From: Botryllus schlosseri | Lineage: Eukaryota | Length of the DNA stretch: 64,000 nt | NCBI GenBank assembly: GCA_051294905.1 | Contig: CM119380.1 | Coordinates: forward strand, 14,632,001 to 14,696,000 | Direction: 5' to 3' | Part shown: one piece after another, positions 1 to 13,500 of the stretch | Numbering within the stretch: position 1 is the stretch's first letter | Layout of the letters: each line of letters starts with the position of its first letter | Position numbers and translations under genes: made by a program | Notes under the pieces: generated by a model | The model's database searches: none | Seen by the model: only the letters and a program-made list of their open reading frames with translations | What the model was told of the DNA's origin: nothing

Positions 1-92
1 CTGTGAGGTAACAATGACACTGAGTCCATTTCCTTGTTCGGCAAGAGTGTAAAGGAGCCACAGCGACACCTTAGGGCCGTACGGCGGCTACA
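1..92 (-). repeat. Partial LTR (diverged BEL-family variant), cut by window edge
   Basis: Ends ...GCGGCTACA at 92; identical to 15512-15603 (offset 15511). Confidence 0.9.
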
Positions 93-312
93 TGCTTGTA
101 TCGGTGATGTATCAGACTGACAAGAGAGATATTTGATTTTAAGTTTTAAGATAAGTAAAGTTATCTTTAGCATCGGTGAATGAGGCTAGGACCTGTCCGT
201 TATCTGCCTAAATAAACACGTGCCAAGACTCTGATAGGGACAAAATGAGCATGTTTCACAAACAGGGAATTCGATATCACCCAGGCAGGATTGAAAACAT
301 GAGTTGAACATG

Positions 313-501
313 ACTTCAATACTGTGACTTGGACTCGACTCGAGTCATAACACCATGACTCGGACTTGACCCTTTAAACGGTGACTTGGACTCGGACTCG
401 AGTCTGTGATGAATTGAAAATGACTAGACTCGACTCGAGTCAAAACCACAAAAGTATGATTGACTCGTGACTCGGAACCATGTGACTTTGTTACAACCCT
501 G
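313..501. mobile_element. Partial hAT-type MITE (GACTC-rich family) truncating the LINE ORF1
   Basis: Ends TTACAACCCTG (491-501) like the complete copy at 32523-32998; GACTCGAGTC/TTGAC repeats; left boundary approximate; second copy at 15824-16012. Confidence 0.7.
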
Positions 502-1579
502 GTTTTAGGTGAGAATGATTTGCTCGGTTTTTCACCGTAACTTCTTCTTTTGTCTATTGAGGCTCTTTTCCGTTTCTTGCTCTCGACTGGTGTAAATTCG
601 TTTTCCTTTTCTGCTTCTGCTGGATTATCATCAGTAATCCCATTCAAAAAATGTTCTTCTTCGTCTGCAGCTTGCGACAGATTGTCATTGTCTAATTCCG
701 TATCTTCTGACTCCGAATCGCGATTTTCTGACTCATCTTGATCTTCATTAAGGTCTGAGTCTGTACCACTTGTGGATAGATTGAGTTCGTCTATTTTGGT
801 ATATACATCCTGTTTATTCTCATTGTCATTTTCATTTGTTTCATTCCTTTCTGTACTATTTTGCTCCCTCTCAGCTTGAGTACCGGTAGGGTTCTTGCTC
901 TCCTCCGCTCTATTTTTCTCTATAGAGTGGGGAAATCTTTTTTTAATGTTGGACAATCCTTTCTGATATGCCCCGTCGCTAGACATTGGCTACATCTCTG
1001 TGCAGTGCACTTTGCTGCCAAATGATTTCTTTTCCCACATATGTAGCAGTTTCTTTTTTGTTATGTGCGCTTATTTGCCGCCGGAGTGAATGTTTTACAT
1101 GATGCCCCATTTATCTCTATAAACGGCGGCAGCCTTCCCGCCACGTATTCTTCAATGGCCACAGCTCGATAGCCTTTATGAAGGTTTGTACCTCTGTGGT
1201 ACATTTTCATTATGTTCACTACCCTTCCTGCCTCCCAGTATTCTACTGCCCGCGCTACTGCATCGTCTGATGCCTCTGAGGGAACGGCTCTGATATTAAC
1301 CGTCGTTAGCTTCGGCTGCGGGATGCTTATTTTGTATCGTTTCCCCCCGTGGGTGAACTGCGTGCATTCGTTCATTAGTTTGTCTCTTGATTCTTCGTCT
1401 ATGAGAGTTATATTGAAGCAGTTTTGTGCGATCTGGAAAACTGCTTCCATTTGTCCCCGATGCTTTTTTAGTTTTTCATTCTCTTCTATCACCTTCAACA
1501 CTTCTGCGAAGGTGATATCATCGTCGCCGACAAAGTCTACAGACCAGGGTCTGTCTCCATGACTTCTGTTATTATTCAT
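502..1579 (-). pseudogene. Tx1/L1-clade LINE ORF1 (RRM-like region, two CCHC zinc knuckles, acidic tail), disrupted
   Basis: Reading through the TAA at 1061-1063 in the same frame gives QKRNCYICGKRNHLAAKC and CSQCLATGHIRKDC; a frameshift near 930 leads into the acidic tail listed as ORF 345..986. Confidence 0.8.
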
Positions 1580-1889
1580 TATTTATTTTAGCATTCAGAC
1601 TCACGGCCGCTTTATTAAAGATTTGTGTACGGTACATGTACGTACAAGCAACCGTTAGAGATAGGCCTTGACGCACAATCAATCCGAACAATGCACTGAG
1701 CTATATAATAATGGGGTCGATTGTTTTGTCAAACCTTTCCACGGCCAAAGATTTTCTATGTATAGTGAAATCGTCCGAAGTTTTATTTTGATATACGTCT
1801 TATTTTGTTATTTTTCCGATCTGTTTTATCGGAGTTTGACTTGAGAAACTGTAGTTTATATCCCTTGGGAATTCTAGGGACTTACGCCC

Positions 1890-2065
1890 ATTCACGGCAG
1901 GTACAGCGACAGCAACCAATTGGGTACCACAAGTACTGCAGGCCTATTCACGGCAGGTATGGCAATACCAATATACTAGTTACCACAGGTACGTCTAAGG
2001 TACTGTACGCCTTTTCACGGCAGGTATGGCAATATCAATTAACTAGGTACCACAGGTACGGCAAG
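1890..2065. repeat. Degenerate tandem repeat, three units of about 56-67 bp
   Basis: TTCACGGCAGGTA recurs at 1891, 1947 and 2014, each followed by a TACCACA motif; duplicated at +15511. Confidence 0.7.
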
Positions 2066-2175
2066 TTATCTAGTCACGGCTACTAGTCTAGATACCACGT
2101 GTTAAAGTCTCTGTTAGTGTAGGAACGTCGCACAGCCAAAAAATTGTAATCCTATAAAAAGTACGTCCTGTCTAA

Positions 2176-2193
2176 GGGTGGATTGCACAGATG
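2176..2193. repeat. Left TIR of the older Harbinger (Harbinger-2), duplicated copy
   Basis: TAA|GGGTGGATTGCACAGATG; exact reverse complement at 38297-38314 followed by TAA. Confidence 0.75.
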
Positions 2194-2737
2194 TCGCTTT
2201 AAGCGTAGTGCACATTTGCGTAAATCGTACGCGCGTACAGTGCGCATAAAGCATTTCTTTAGTTTCTTTCCTTTCTCTTCTGTTCTCTCGTTTGCTCGTC
2301 GCGTAAAGAGCCTCTTCTCTCTCGTTTCCTTACGCGGCCTTTACGCGGAGAGAGCAATTCGTACGCGCGTATTGTTGACATGCCGAGTTCATTTGTGAGA
2401 ATTCACACACGCAAGGGGTCGCAAGGTATTGATGGTTTGGAGTTCATTTATGAGAATTTAAACTCGCAAGGGATCGCAGGTTTTAAAATATTGAGTATCG
2501 ATCCTGCGCGGGAAAATAGCTATGAAGTCCTGCCGAGTTCAATTGCGATAGTTTGGAAATTCTATTGGTCTTCTGTCGGCTGGCCGTACGGTTTTACCAA
2601 TTGCTACAGGTGTTATAGAAGGACTTCTTCCCAGCTAGTTGACCGCGCGTAGAACGGCTGTTTTTTATGGTTGAGAAGTACTTAATTATTATACTGTGAA
2701 GTGTGAAATGATCATGCTTTTGCAGACGAGTAATATT

Positions 2738-3843
2738 ATGGAGAATGTAGATATTAATGAGAGGCTTATTGAAGAGGTGAGGAGCAGACCATTTCTGTAC
2801 GCAACGTCGATGAATGATCATCACAGCAAAGCAAAGTCGGCTACAGCCTGGAGGGCGATAGCGTTGACATTGGAGGCATCAGGTATGAGATGAGATGAGT
2901 TTTTATGTGCAGTTCATTGCTTGTAACGTGGATGCCTGGATTGCAGAGGATAAGTTGAAAAAAAGATGGAAGTCGATTCGTGATCGGTACGTTAGGTCAA
3001 AGAAAAATCTCCCATCGGGATCAGGAGCGGATGCGTTACCGAGAAAGTGGGCCTTAAGTTCGCTCTTGACTTTTTTGGATCCGTATATCGAAGTTCGCAG
3101 GTTAGCTTCGGTTTATTAGCAATTTTAGCAGTTAATGCACCACAAAAATTGCGATACAATGAAAATGATATGAGTCTAGAAAAGTTATTGCTGTAGTCGA
3201 GATTTATGGAAGATTTGTAGATGTGGCCGTTCCTAAATTTTTATTTGTAGCAGGGCGTTTATTTTTTCTATAATGGGAATTCTAATATGCTATATAATTT
3301 ATTATGTTATTTTCAAATGATAAATTAATTGAATATAAAACTGAATCTACAGTACATCCGGCAACATGGCGGACTGTTCGTTGGAACTGTCCGTAGAGGA
3401 TCCACCGACTTCCTCAGTGCCCGACGAACCAACTACATGTAAGTAGTATACACGGTAACGTTAGTTTGCTGAGCTAAACAATTATCTCTTTTTCTGCAGC
3501 AACACCAGCACGAAAACCGAGGAAAAGGAGAGCAGCAGCGGAGGAAGAGGAGGAGCAATACATTGACATTCAGGCGGTACTGAAAGTCATTAAGGAGGGT
3601 CACAAACGTGTGTAACCAACCGAACTTTAAGGCCCGCCAGGTTTCATATTGTGGCACATGTCGATATTTGCAGGGCAAAGTGGTAACGACGCGTTTGGGG
3701 TTATGGTAGCGAGAGAGTTGGACAAATTTGATGACAACGACCCATTTCTCATGCACATCAAGATCAAGGTGCTCACTGATATTTCCGAAGCCCAACAGAG
3801 GAGAAGAAATTTTCCGACCATCAACCCAAACGCTTTCGGATGA
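2738..3843 (+). CDS. Harbinger DNA-binding protein, MADF (Myb/SANT-like) + BESS, 5 exons, 220 aa
   Basis: Exons 2738-2882, 2947-3100, 3353-3438, 3500-3607, 3674-3843 joined at GT-AG sites give an open 663-nt frame; LIEEVRSRPFLY...W...KKRWKSIRDRY (MADF) and DAFGVMVARELDKF...KIKV (BESS). Confidence 0.85.
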
Positions 3844-5329
3844 TTTTCTATTGCAGCATTGGTGTCTGTATCAGTGGTTCTTTACCATGGGTGGTCGTTA
3901 CCCTTGGTGATACAAAGCAGGATGTGCGACAAGCAGTATGCTCATATTTGTGATCACGTAACAAGTAGGGTTGGTTTTGTACTTGTATCGGGGATGGTTT
4001 AAGTCGCATCGTTATTCAAGTAGAAGCAGCATAGCAATTTTGATGGCATGTCAAACCTGCTTCAAGTAAAAAAGAAATACCGTATCTGAGAAGTACTCTA
4101 CTGCTTCAAAAAAAGTTAAATAGGTTGATGGTTTCCGCAGGTAATCGGATGTGACAGCGGTGCATGGCAAAACATTGTTTGGAAAAGAGAAGTACTTGTG
4201 GCATTTTACGTATTTTGTAACATTTATGACTCCCACTGAACATACAGATGTCATATGTTGCAATAGTGATCAAAACAGGTAAGTATGCAGGTACGGTAAG
4301 TATTGAGTAAAGTAGTTATTATGGAAATAAATTCAGTTTATTGTTAATAAATTTATCTTTCCAAAAATACTGCAAGATTGTGATACATTGAAAAGATAGG
4401 AAATTATGTGCACTGAGTTGAAAGTTATAGAAAATAACTAAGAAAAGCTATAAAATGTGCTGGTGTGTTTCAGGTGAGGTCAGTTTCAGACCCTGGTCGA
4501 GCATTGGCTGCTATTCATTCTATAGAATCTATAGAATGATATTGGATTATGATTAGGATAAGGCTTTATAGAGAATCAGAAAAACTCAAAAGCGTCACGT
4601 AGCACCTAGAGAGGTAGAATAGACCGCAATAACAGCTGAGGGAATTTGGCATTTTCCGGATTGGAAATAGGTTGATGTTCATGTTGTCATTGCAAGTTGT
4701 ACTTCTTTGTTATCTTTTAGGTACACAGAACAGGATGACGCAGCAAGAAGCATTTGTCTGAATGTCAGGAAATGGTCAAAATAAATGGCTGGGAGATCTT
4801 TCATTTTAACCGGGTTTAAACTTTGGTCTCCACGGTGTCTTCTCAAGGCGATAAACACCAACTCCTACAACCAGTTGTGCCCCGGTTTGCACTTGCACAT
4901 CTTGGGTCTCAGACAAATGCAGTAATAAATCTATTGTACAAAAATCTGGTCCTGTGTCTTTCTCTGCCTCTGCTAGTATTTAGAGTCATCATCGCCAACA
5001 AGAGACAAGATTTTAGCAAAATCAATGATTTATCATATATTGCAGGAAGAAGTGTAACAGTGAAATGTTGCCTCAGAATATTAAATCAGATTGCTTATCA
5101 TTGGCTAAGAATTCCAATGTCCAAAGCCTCAGCATTTTCGACAATATGTGATCATCATAGGCAAAGCACTTGGATATGATCAATTGATCATATACCTCAT
5201 TCGCTTATGATTAGAAGCTCTTCAGATTAGAGAACTGCATAACCATAGCACAATCGGCTACAAAATGGTCACGAAGATTCCTAATAATATTTCCAATATC
5301 ATGAGCTAGTATTAACATGCATGAATATA

Positions 5330-5545
5330 TTTATATATATGGAATCTATGTACAGAGGTATCTATAAAAATCAGTAAATAAACATTGATATATTATATAT
5401 ATGAATTTAAGACAACATTGATATATTATAAATATATATTTATGGAACAGAGGTATCTATAAAAATCGTGAAATAAACATTGATATATTATATATATATA
5501 TATGAATGTAAGACAACATTGATATATTATAAATATATATATATG
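5330..5545. repeat. AT-rich minisatellite, two units of about 100 bp
   Basis: ACAGAGGTATCTATAAAAATC and AAGACAACATTGATATATTATAAATATATAT each occur twice, with (TA)n runs. Confidence 0.7.
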
Positions 5546-5562
5546 GATTCGAGACTCAATGC

Positions 5563-6041
5563 TAGGGATGGTGTGAACCTCAGAAAGGTTCAGCTTCGTG
5601 TGAACGCGAACCTTTTTGAAAGATTCTGTGTGAACGCGAATGTGAACCTCATGACGTCATATTGCTAATTCCAACCCTACATTTCAGTGAAGTGATAGCG
5701 TATATTAACATACACGATACCTAGCGATGACTCGGGCCATATAATGCCATTACGCTAAAGTACATATTGACGTTTCAAACGTCGATAAATGTATCAACCG
5801 GGGCAATCAAATGATATAATAATCCCAACAAAATCAATATATTCCGTCGCTTTGCCAACAATTTCAATGGGGAATTGCAAGGGAATGGTCAGACCGGACA
5901 ATGTATATTCAGCGGATGGATATATGGAAAAGGTTCACAGTGCAGAACCTACCAAGATTTGTTTGTGAACGTGAACCTCTAAATTTGCGAGTTTCACACA
6001 CACAGAACGCGAACGTGAACCTCGCGTTCACACCATCTCTA
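5563..6041. mobile_element. hAT-type MITE nested in Harbinger-1
   Basis: TIR TAGGGATGGTGTGAAC / GTTCACACCATCTCTA; perfect 8-bp TSD CTCAATGC (5555-5562, 6042-6049), directly after the transposase stop. Confidence 0.9.
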
Positions 6042-6049
6042 CTCAATGC

Positions 6050-7378
6050 CTACGCAAAATCACCCCGCTGACTACTGAAATAAGAAACAAAATCATCCCT
6101 AATCTTCGTTGCCTCCTCTGTTGGACGTCTTCCCGCTCTTACAAGATTCCGCCAATGCGGTGCGGGTTGCTGTGGGGGTTCATCGCCATCGTTTGCCCCA
6201 AATGCAAGGTGATGTTGATCACCTGAAAGATAATTATGCAGGACAGTAGCTGCTTTTACGATATGGTCAGCATGTACAGGAGTGATTGCCAATGCCCTGC
6301 GAAACATTCTAAACCGGGACGACAAAATGCCAAATGCATTTTCTACAACATTCCTGGCTCGAGACAACCTGAAGTTATAATGCCTCCGCTCTGGGCAATT
6401 TAAATAGGAACCTGGAAACGGCCTCATAATATGCCTCTGCAGTGGGAAAGCTTCATCTGCAACGAAAACATGAGGAATTGGACTTACACACCCAGGCAGG
6501 GGAGCATCTGATGGCAGATCTAGCTGAGCCGATGCTAAACGCTTTCCCAAAGCGGAGTTGCTGAAGCACTTACTATCATTAACCCTTCCATATTGGCCTA
6601 CATCTACTGCAACAAACTTTCTGTCCGCATCAGCAACTGCCATCAGAACTATACTAAAAGTCTTTTTATAATTAAAATACATTGATCCAGAATTTGCAGG
6701 CTTCTGAACGATCACATGTTTACCATCAATACTGCCAATACAATTAGAAAAGTTCCACTTATCTTTGAATTGTGCTGCGTTCTCTATCCATTGTTCTTGT
6801 GTGGGTTCTGGCATGTAATCCGCTGCTAAAGCCTGCCAGATAGCCACACAAGTGTCCCGGATCAACTTGGCCACTGTTGACTTCCCGCACCGATACGAAA
6901 AAGCGATAGTTTGAAACGAATCACCAGTAGCCAGGAACCTAAAATAGTGAAAAATGCTTTTGTACAGGGATTCTCAATTCAAATTTACTGTACACAGATG
7001 CCGTATATAGGCCTATACCACAGTTGTAAATTGATTTCAACAATTTATATTGTAATGATCAAGTGGATATATGATTTACCTGAGAGTGATTGCCAGTCGT
7101 TCATTGGGAGGAATCGGTTTCCTCATCGCTGTCGTCTGCTTCGAAATGAGCGGGCCAACAATTGACAGAAGCTCGTCAAACTTGTCAGGTGTCATGCGGA
7201 AATATTGAAAGAAGGCTGCAGGTCTTTCGTATCTCATTTCCTGTGTTAGCCTGTACTCTCCAAGTTGATCCCTTCTCTGGAGAATGGGGTGAACCCAACA
7301 GGCCCGCCTCTTCTTTTGTTTCTTCTTCCTCCTTTCGTCCTTCTTTAGAGCCAAATAAAGTAAAGCCAGCAGGTCCAT
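6050..7378 (-). CDS. Harbinger (HARBI1-like, DDE_Tnp_4) transposase, 2 exons, 395 aa
   Basis: Exons 7378-7080 and 6938-6050 (GT-AG intron 7079-6939) restore ITLR|FLATGDSF; catalytic motifs IGSIDGKH, VADEAFPL, VENAFG. Confidence 0.92.
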
Positions 7379-7946
7379 TTCCGTTTGGCTGCTTGCCCCA
7401 GCCGAATCATCCTGCCTTCGTACAATACTCATCCTTGTCAACCGAAGTAATTTTCTCCACCACAAAATGCTGTGTCCAGTGCAAATTGCGAACTCAAAAG
7501 AGACCGATTGCTTTTGGTTTCGCGCGAAAGCAGCTTGACGCTCGGCAGCGACAACATGCGGAAACGCGCAAAAATTTATTCTCACTTTTCGTTCAGCGAT
7601 GACGTAATCTCTCGTTTTGGCCAATTTAGTGAGAGAGTGATAATCGTACGCGCGTACGATTTACGCAAATGTGCACTAGGCTTAATACGTAATCGCCGAT
7701 TAAACGTCAGTAATCGGCTGGCTTCCCTTGCACAGATGACGATTAGGCACTAATCGATGAATTTTAATCGGCCAAATGTTATCCGCCGAGCTAGGTGTCT
7801 AGAAAGTTAATCGGCTGTGTGCTTCGCGGCGACTGCTGTCGGGGCTGGCTATAGGTACATTGGTATTTCGTATTGAGATGGTGTTAAGTGGATGTTCTGA
7901 CGTGCAGGTGCGGTATTAGCTGATTATATTGTTCTCTGACACTACT

Positions 7947-8458
7947 TGTAGCCGCAACCCGCAGATCGCGCCACAGGGTGGATTGAAATATCTGGCTGCT
8001 TATATTACCTTTCGGCACAGAGAAAAAGACTCGCTTTGTTGGTGCGTGTTTTCTATTAAAAATGAAATACAATCAGCATTGGCAAGTACGTACTAAGCTA
8101 ATCAAATACAAAGCATCTTACTTGACAATGTGTCTTCCGGGTTTTTTAGTTTATTTTATTTATAGATTTACAGATTTACTTTGACTGTAACGAGATATCA
8201 AGACAGTGAGACAATGAATGGATTAGCCTAACTAGCCCTATTCTAGAAATGCAATAAACCTAACTATTCCTATTCTAATAACTGAACTAATGCCAAAACG
8301 ATCCTACATCTAACGCACGTGCACTAAACAGTGAATTTCACCACGATACGTCAGACCTAGTTACCGCTATGAGGTAACAATGACACAGAGTCCACTTTCT
8401 TGCTCGGCGGGAGTGTGAAGGAGCCACAGCGACACCTTAGGGCCGTACGGCGGCTACA
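7947..8458 (-). repeat. 3' LTR of the truncated BEL copy (512 bp)
   Basis: TGTAGCCGC...GCGGCTACA; preceded by CTACT; differs from 17972-18483 at 8007 (A vs C); polypurine tract adjacent. Confidence 0.95.
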
Positions 8459-8589
8459 TCCTGGCCCCTTGGAAATTCAAAATTTGTTCCGAATTTGGAG
8501 ATTTCCACACATACACACACTCACGCAGCCAGCAGGTTTTTACGAACGAAATGGTAATTAATCAACGATATCAAAACACAACACAAAGG

Positions 8590-10566
8590 TTATTGTCTCT
8601 CCTGGAGCAAGACAATTTTAGTTATGGGGCGGGTATAAATGGACAGTTTAGTCTGAACCGTAACTGACCTAACGAGCCCTGATTTGTCAGGATATGTTTG
8701 AATGATTCGTCCCAGGAGCCACTGGTTGCGTGGCAAATTATCGTCTACGATCATCACGATATCATCTTTTTGGATGTTGCGCACACCTTTATTCCATTTC
8801 TGTCTGGTTTGCAAGAGTGGGAGGTATTCTCTCCTCCATCTTTTCCAAAATAAGTCTGCGAGAAATTGGACTTGTTTCCAACGCCTACGCGAGTAGAGGT
8901 CTTTGGAGTCGAAAACACCAGGAGGTAATTGTGGCTCGCATTTCAGTAGCAAGAGTGTGTTGGGTGTGATAGGAGTCATGTCGAGTGGATCCGTGGACAC
9001 GACAGTGATGGGTTTGTTGTTCATGATAGATTCACATTCACATAACAGTGTTACGAGAGATTCTTCATTGAGTCTTTGTTGATTACAAAGAGAGTTCAGT
9101 ATTTTACGCAGAGTCCGAATCTGCCTTTCGAAGACGCCTCCATGGTGGGAGGCAGCGGGTGTCTGAAACATCCATTTTACATTCTTCTGTAAGAGAGCAT
9201 TGTTTATCTGATTCTGATTCCATGCTTTAATTCCTTCCTTCAGTTCTTTTTCTGAAGAAGTAAAGTTAGTACCATTGTCACTTCGAATTTCCATTACCTG
9301 TCCTCTCCGGGCAACGAATCTTCGGAGAGCGTTGATGAAGGAGCTGGTGTCCAAAGAGTGAGTATGTTCTATGTGAGTCGCACGAGTTACCAGGCATGTG
9401 AATAAAACTCCATACATCTTGACATCGCTTCTGCCTCGGCGTACAAGGAAAGGCCCGAAGCAGTCACAGGCCACATATGTGAATGGGGGTTTATCAGGAA
9501 CGAGGCGATTCTGTGGCAGATCGGCCATTCTTTGTGATTCTGGTGGACGCTGCCTTTTTCGACACGGCACGCAGTCGGCCAGCATTTTTCTGATAAGATT
9601 ACTGGATTTAATGATCCAGTATTTTTGACGAAGTTCCGAGAGCACATATTCTCGGCCACTGTGACCTGTCTTCTCATGAATGTGGCGGAGCAGAAGTGTG
9701 GCAACTGGACTTTGTCGCGGGATGACGATCGGATGTTTAGCGTTGTACCTCAAAGGAGCAGACGAAATCCTGCCACCAACGCGAATCACTTCGTTGTAGA
9801 GGAATGGATGTAGCTTGTGTATAGTGCTACCCTTGGACAGTTGGTCCTTTGTTGATAAGTCGCTGATTTCGCGATGATAGTAGGTTTTTTGCTCGTGTTT
9901 TATAATTTCAGTCTCAGCATTTTCAAGTTCTTCAATACGCAGCGGGCCCACGTTGATGGACTGTTTCTTGGCCTTTGATCTCAAATTGTGTTTATAGCGC
10001 ATTATCCATGCAACGATCCGTTTCAATTTGTACCAGGATGAAGATTGCGATAATACGCGGGTGACAATATCGTCGTTTGGTACCATTACAGAGTATGATT
10101 TTTTGGTTACCTTGATTTCCAGGTCGGTGTTGTTCTCATTTTCGAGGAAGTCAGGTTGTTTGGGCCATACAGATTCTGGCTTCGAGAGGAATTGTGGACC
10201 GTTGGTCCAAGCAGGGCAATTCAGAAATGTTTCGGCAGAAAGGCCTCTCGAGGCGATGTCTGCCGGGTTCAACTTAGATGGTACATACCACCATTGCTTC
10301 AAGTTGGACCCGTCTTTGATTTGATTAACGCGGTTAGCAACGAATGTCTTGAAAGATTTATCGGAGTTAGCAAGGTATCGTAATACCGTTGTACTGTCCG
10401 TCCAGAAATAGGAATGGCTGATTTTTAATCTCAGTTCTTCTCGAAAGAACTTGTCGTTGTTGACTGACAGTGTAGCAGCAGATAGTTCCAACCTTGGTAT
10501 AGTTGATCCACGAAGGGGAACCAAGCGGGATTTGCCATTGAGAATGGCACAGTGTACCTCACCAGC
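8590..10566 (-). pseudogene. 5'-truncated BEL/Pao pol (end of RNase H + integrase) created by the duplication junction
   Basis: Matches 18615-20591 (offset 10025), then switches abruptly to unrelated sequence at 10567. Confidence 0.92.
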
Positions 10567-13500
10567 CATTGTCAAATATCCAATTGTTCAACTCGTATCC
10601 GCCCACGGAACACGTTATGAATGGGAAATTATACTTCCGAAATGCACCAATTCATTGTCTACCAACAATTGCATTTTATCATTCGATCAGATTCAAAGCG
10701 TCATGAGCACTTTGTCTGCACATTGCCGTATTTTCACGAAACGATCCACCTTTATATAATGATTGTCGATGTAGGCAATTACCCGTGTACAAAGCTAATT
10801 TCCACTACGATCGGATAATTATCTGCCAAAACTTCAATTTTGTATTTCCATCGAATAAATTCATGAACTCTACACTTAATGACTTAGTAGACTCGAATCA
10901 TAGCTGTTCAATAAGGAAATAGTCTACTATCCCAGAATACTACTCAAATAGGTTTTTCATACATGCAGACATATACACCGTTATCTCTACTTCTACTTGA
11001 GTATCAACGCTGACTACTTTGACCAGCGTAAAATTTATTTCCTCTATCTAATCAAGATATCCGGGCAAACTAAATAGAATTGAAGATAATAATTGTTGAT
11101 GCGCCTTTATATCGACTTCATGGTCATCAGCAGTGGACAATGTAGGCCTACGAAATATTCTAAAATACTATCAGCAACTGTATCGACATGTAACATGTAT
11201 CGGAAAACAGCTATCATGCACCAAATAATCAGCCTATTACTGGGTGATATCAATACTGTTTCTTCCGCAGTAATAAATTGTTTTTTATCGATCATTTTTG
11301 GACGCTGAGAAGGTAATACTACCTGCGGCACCTTCTCTCGATCGAGGGGCGTTAAGAAAGTCCCCTGTACAATGGGATGATTTGCGTTCGCATTGAGCGA
11401 CACTCTTTCTGTCATTGACCGTGGTGTCGGGTGATTTCCAGATTCCAACTTCGTATCTTCTGTGACTTCGGGCGACGACTGACGGGACCCACACTTCGGA
11501 AGAGGTATCACTGGTTCGACTTTTGCCGGCGTCGGCATTTCGAACAGATTTGAAACTCGGCCTGTAATTTCACTTCTGGCCACTCCAGATTTTGCTTGGC
11601 TCCTTAAGACTGGTTCAAGCGAATCGGCAATATTTTTGGTACTCACTTTCCGGACGGTAGTCAAATAAGTTGTCGCTTGTTTGACGTCTCTTCTGGCTTT
11701 TTTGAATAGTTTTGCCGTCTTGTGTAGAATAGACGTCACCTTTTTCACGAATTTTGCTTGATGCTGGACACGTGCTGTCACCTGACATTCATTAGCCCGA
11801 GTCGTTAGCTGTAGTTGTTGAGTGGTCTTCATCAGTTGGGTGTTTTTGCGAAGGATGCGAATGTCCTCTTTACGTTTTCGTAGCCAAAATAACTTCATGA
11901 TTGATTACCGCTCACCTCCCCACTCTTCAGAAATATGTGAAAGTCCACTCTCTTCTGAAGACGAATATTCGAGAAGCAACAATGATTACCAGGCGCCTTG
12001 AATTACAATTCCGTCGGGTGCCTCCATATGTGTTAGTAGAAAGATCTTGCCTCCAATCTTGTTAGTAGGAAGATCTTGTGTTTTGCCTGGTTCTTTTGCT
12101 TGTAATTCAATTTGGTAAATCACTGTTGCAGGTGGTGAAGTCTTCAAAGTGTCTTGAACTTTCAATGACCTTACGGTCCAGTCTTAGATAGCATACCTGT
12201 ACGTACTTGACCTTGGTACCTTAATACAACCAAATACTCCAATCAGACTTTACATTCAAGTAGTGATGTTACCATAGCAACAATACATTCATAAAATGCA
12301 TCCAACTGTTACTAAAGTTTTCTAAAATCGTGCAATTCAACACATATGCAATTAAGACCATTTTTCAACAGCAATTCCACGTATCCTATACTCTATTTCA
12401 TGTATTCAATTGACCCAGGGCCAAAGCATTCTCGTGAAGGGCTTGTTACATCTTCATATTATCGTTTAAGGCTGATCAAGATTTTTTTGTGTATTTGTAT
12501 ATTCTAGGGTACTTATCTAGTTTTATGACGGTTCTCACAAGCAACTTGTCTTGGTTTTATAACCGTCTAACCTCACTCAAGTGTAGGGGTCCTAGTCGCT
12601 GGGGCGTGGACTAGTTACAACGCATACTAAATAATTCACACAAAATCACACAATTTTCAATATACATTGATCCGAAAAATGCAATAAATACTTACACATA
12701 TATATGTAATCACTTTACTTCTATAGGATTGGGCTTGACTTTATTAACCGTTTTTCTAGGGTGACGCAATATGTGGATATAATATGACGCACAATATATA
12801 ATACACACAGTACATATATCGCCAATTCACCGTGACTCCTTTTCACTGTAAAAGTTCGCAGACACCGAAAATGGCAGAGCCATCATTATAAAGCAACTTA
12901 ATATTTGCATGTATTGTACATAACAATTTCAGATAAGCCGGGAACAGCCACTAGTTTGATCCTTCGCATTAGCCACTAGTCTAATCCTTCGCATTAGCTT
13001 CGGACACCCTTGTTACGCATAACAAGCGTGTCAGCTGTGGATAAACCGTGATTATCCTCCATACGTTATCCTTCGCATTCGCTTCAGACACCTTTGTTAC
13101 GCATAACAAGCGTGTCAGATTTGGGTTGTATGTAGGGTGGTTTTCAATAATCACCTATCGGTAGTTGGTTGACCAACACGATCACCTAATTTTATTAATG
13201 ACCTTCTTCAAGAAGTTATCTGCCTAAGGCCGCCCTATGTACTCTGTCGTAATTATTTTCTGGGTTACAATACTGACATTATTCCCAGAGAACATTAGAT
13301 AATGTTTCCTTATAAGGAATATTGGTGGGTAATCACACCTCTGTTGCTTGACAACGACACATGTGTGATGAAAGGCGTCTTATGGGCCGCCGTGCCAGTT
13401 AGTTTCAACTTCAACGAAAGCTGCACAGAATACATAAACAGCAATTCATAATCTATACGGCTATCGCCAACAGATATATGTCGTCCTCATTTTTAAAGAC

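Larger units (their letters stand above)
2203..7681. mobile_element. PIF/Harbinger DNA transposon (Harbinger-1), apparently autonomous, 5479 bp
   Basis: 36-bp TIRs (2203-2238, 7646-7681; one mismatch) flanked by TTAA on both sides; convergent MADF-BESS gene and DDE transposase; absent from the duplicate locus at about 17710. Confidence 0.93.

Noticed and set aside
345-986. 213-aa acidic ORF as a stand-alone gene (and its copy at 15856)
   Set aside because: It is the frameshifted tail of the LINE ORF1 running into a MITE.
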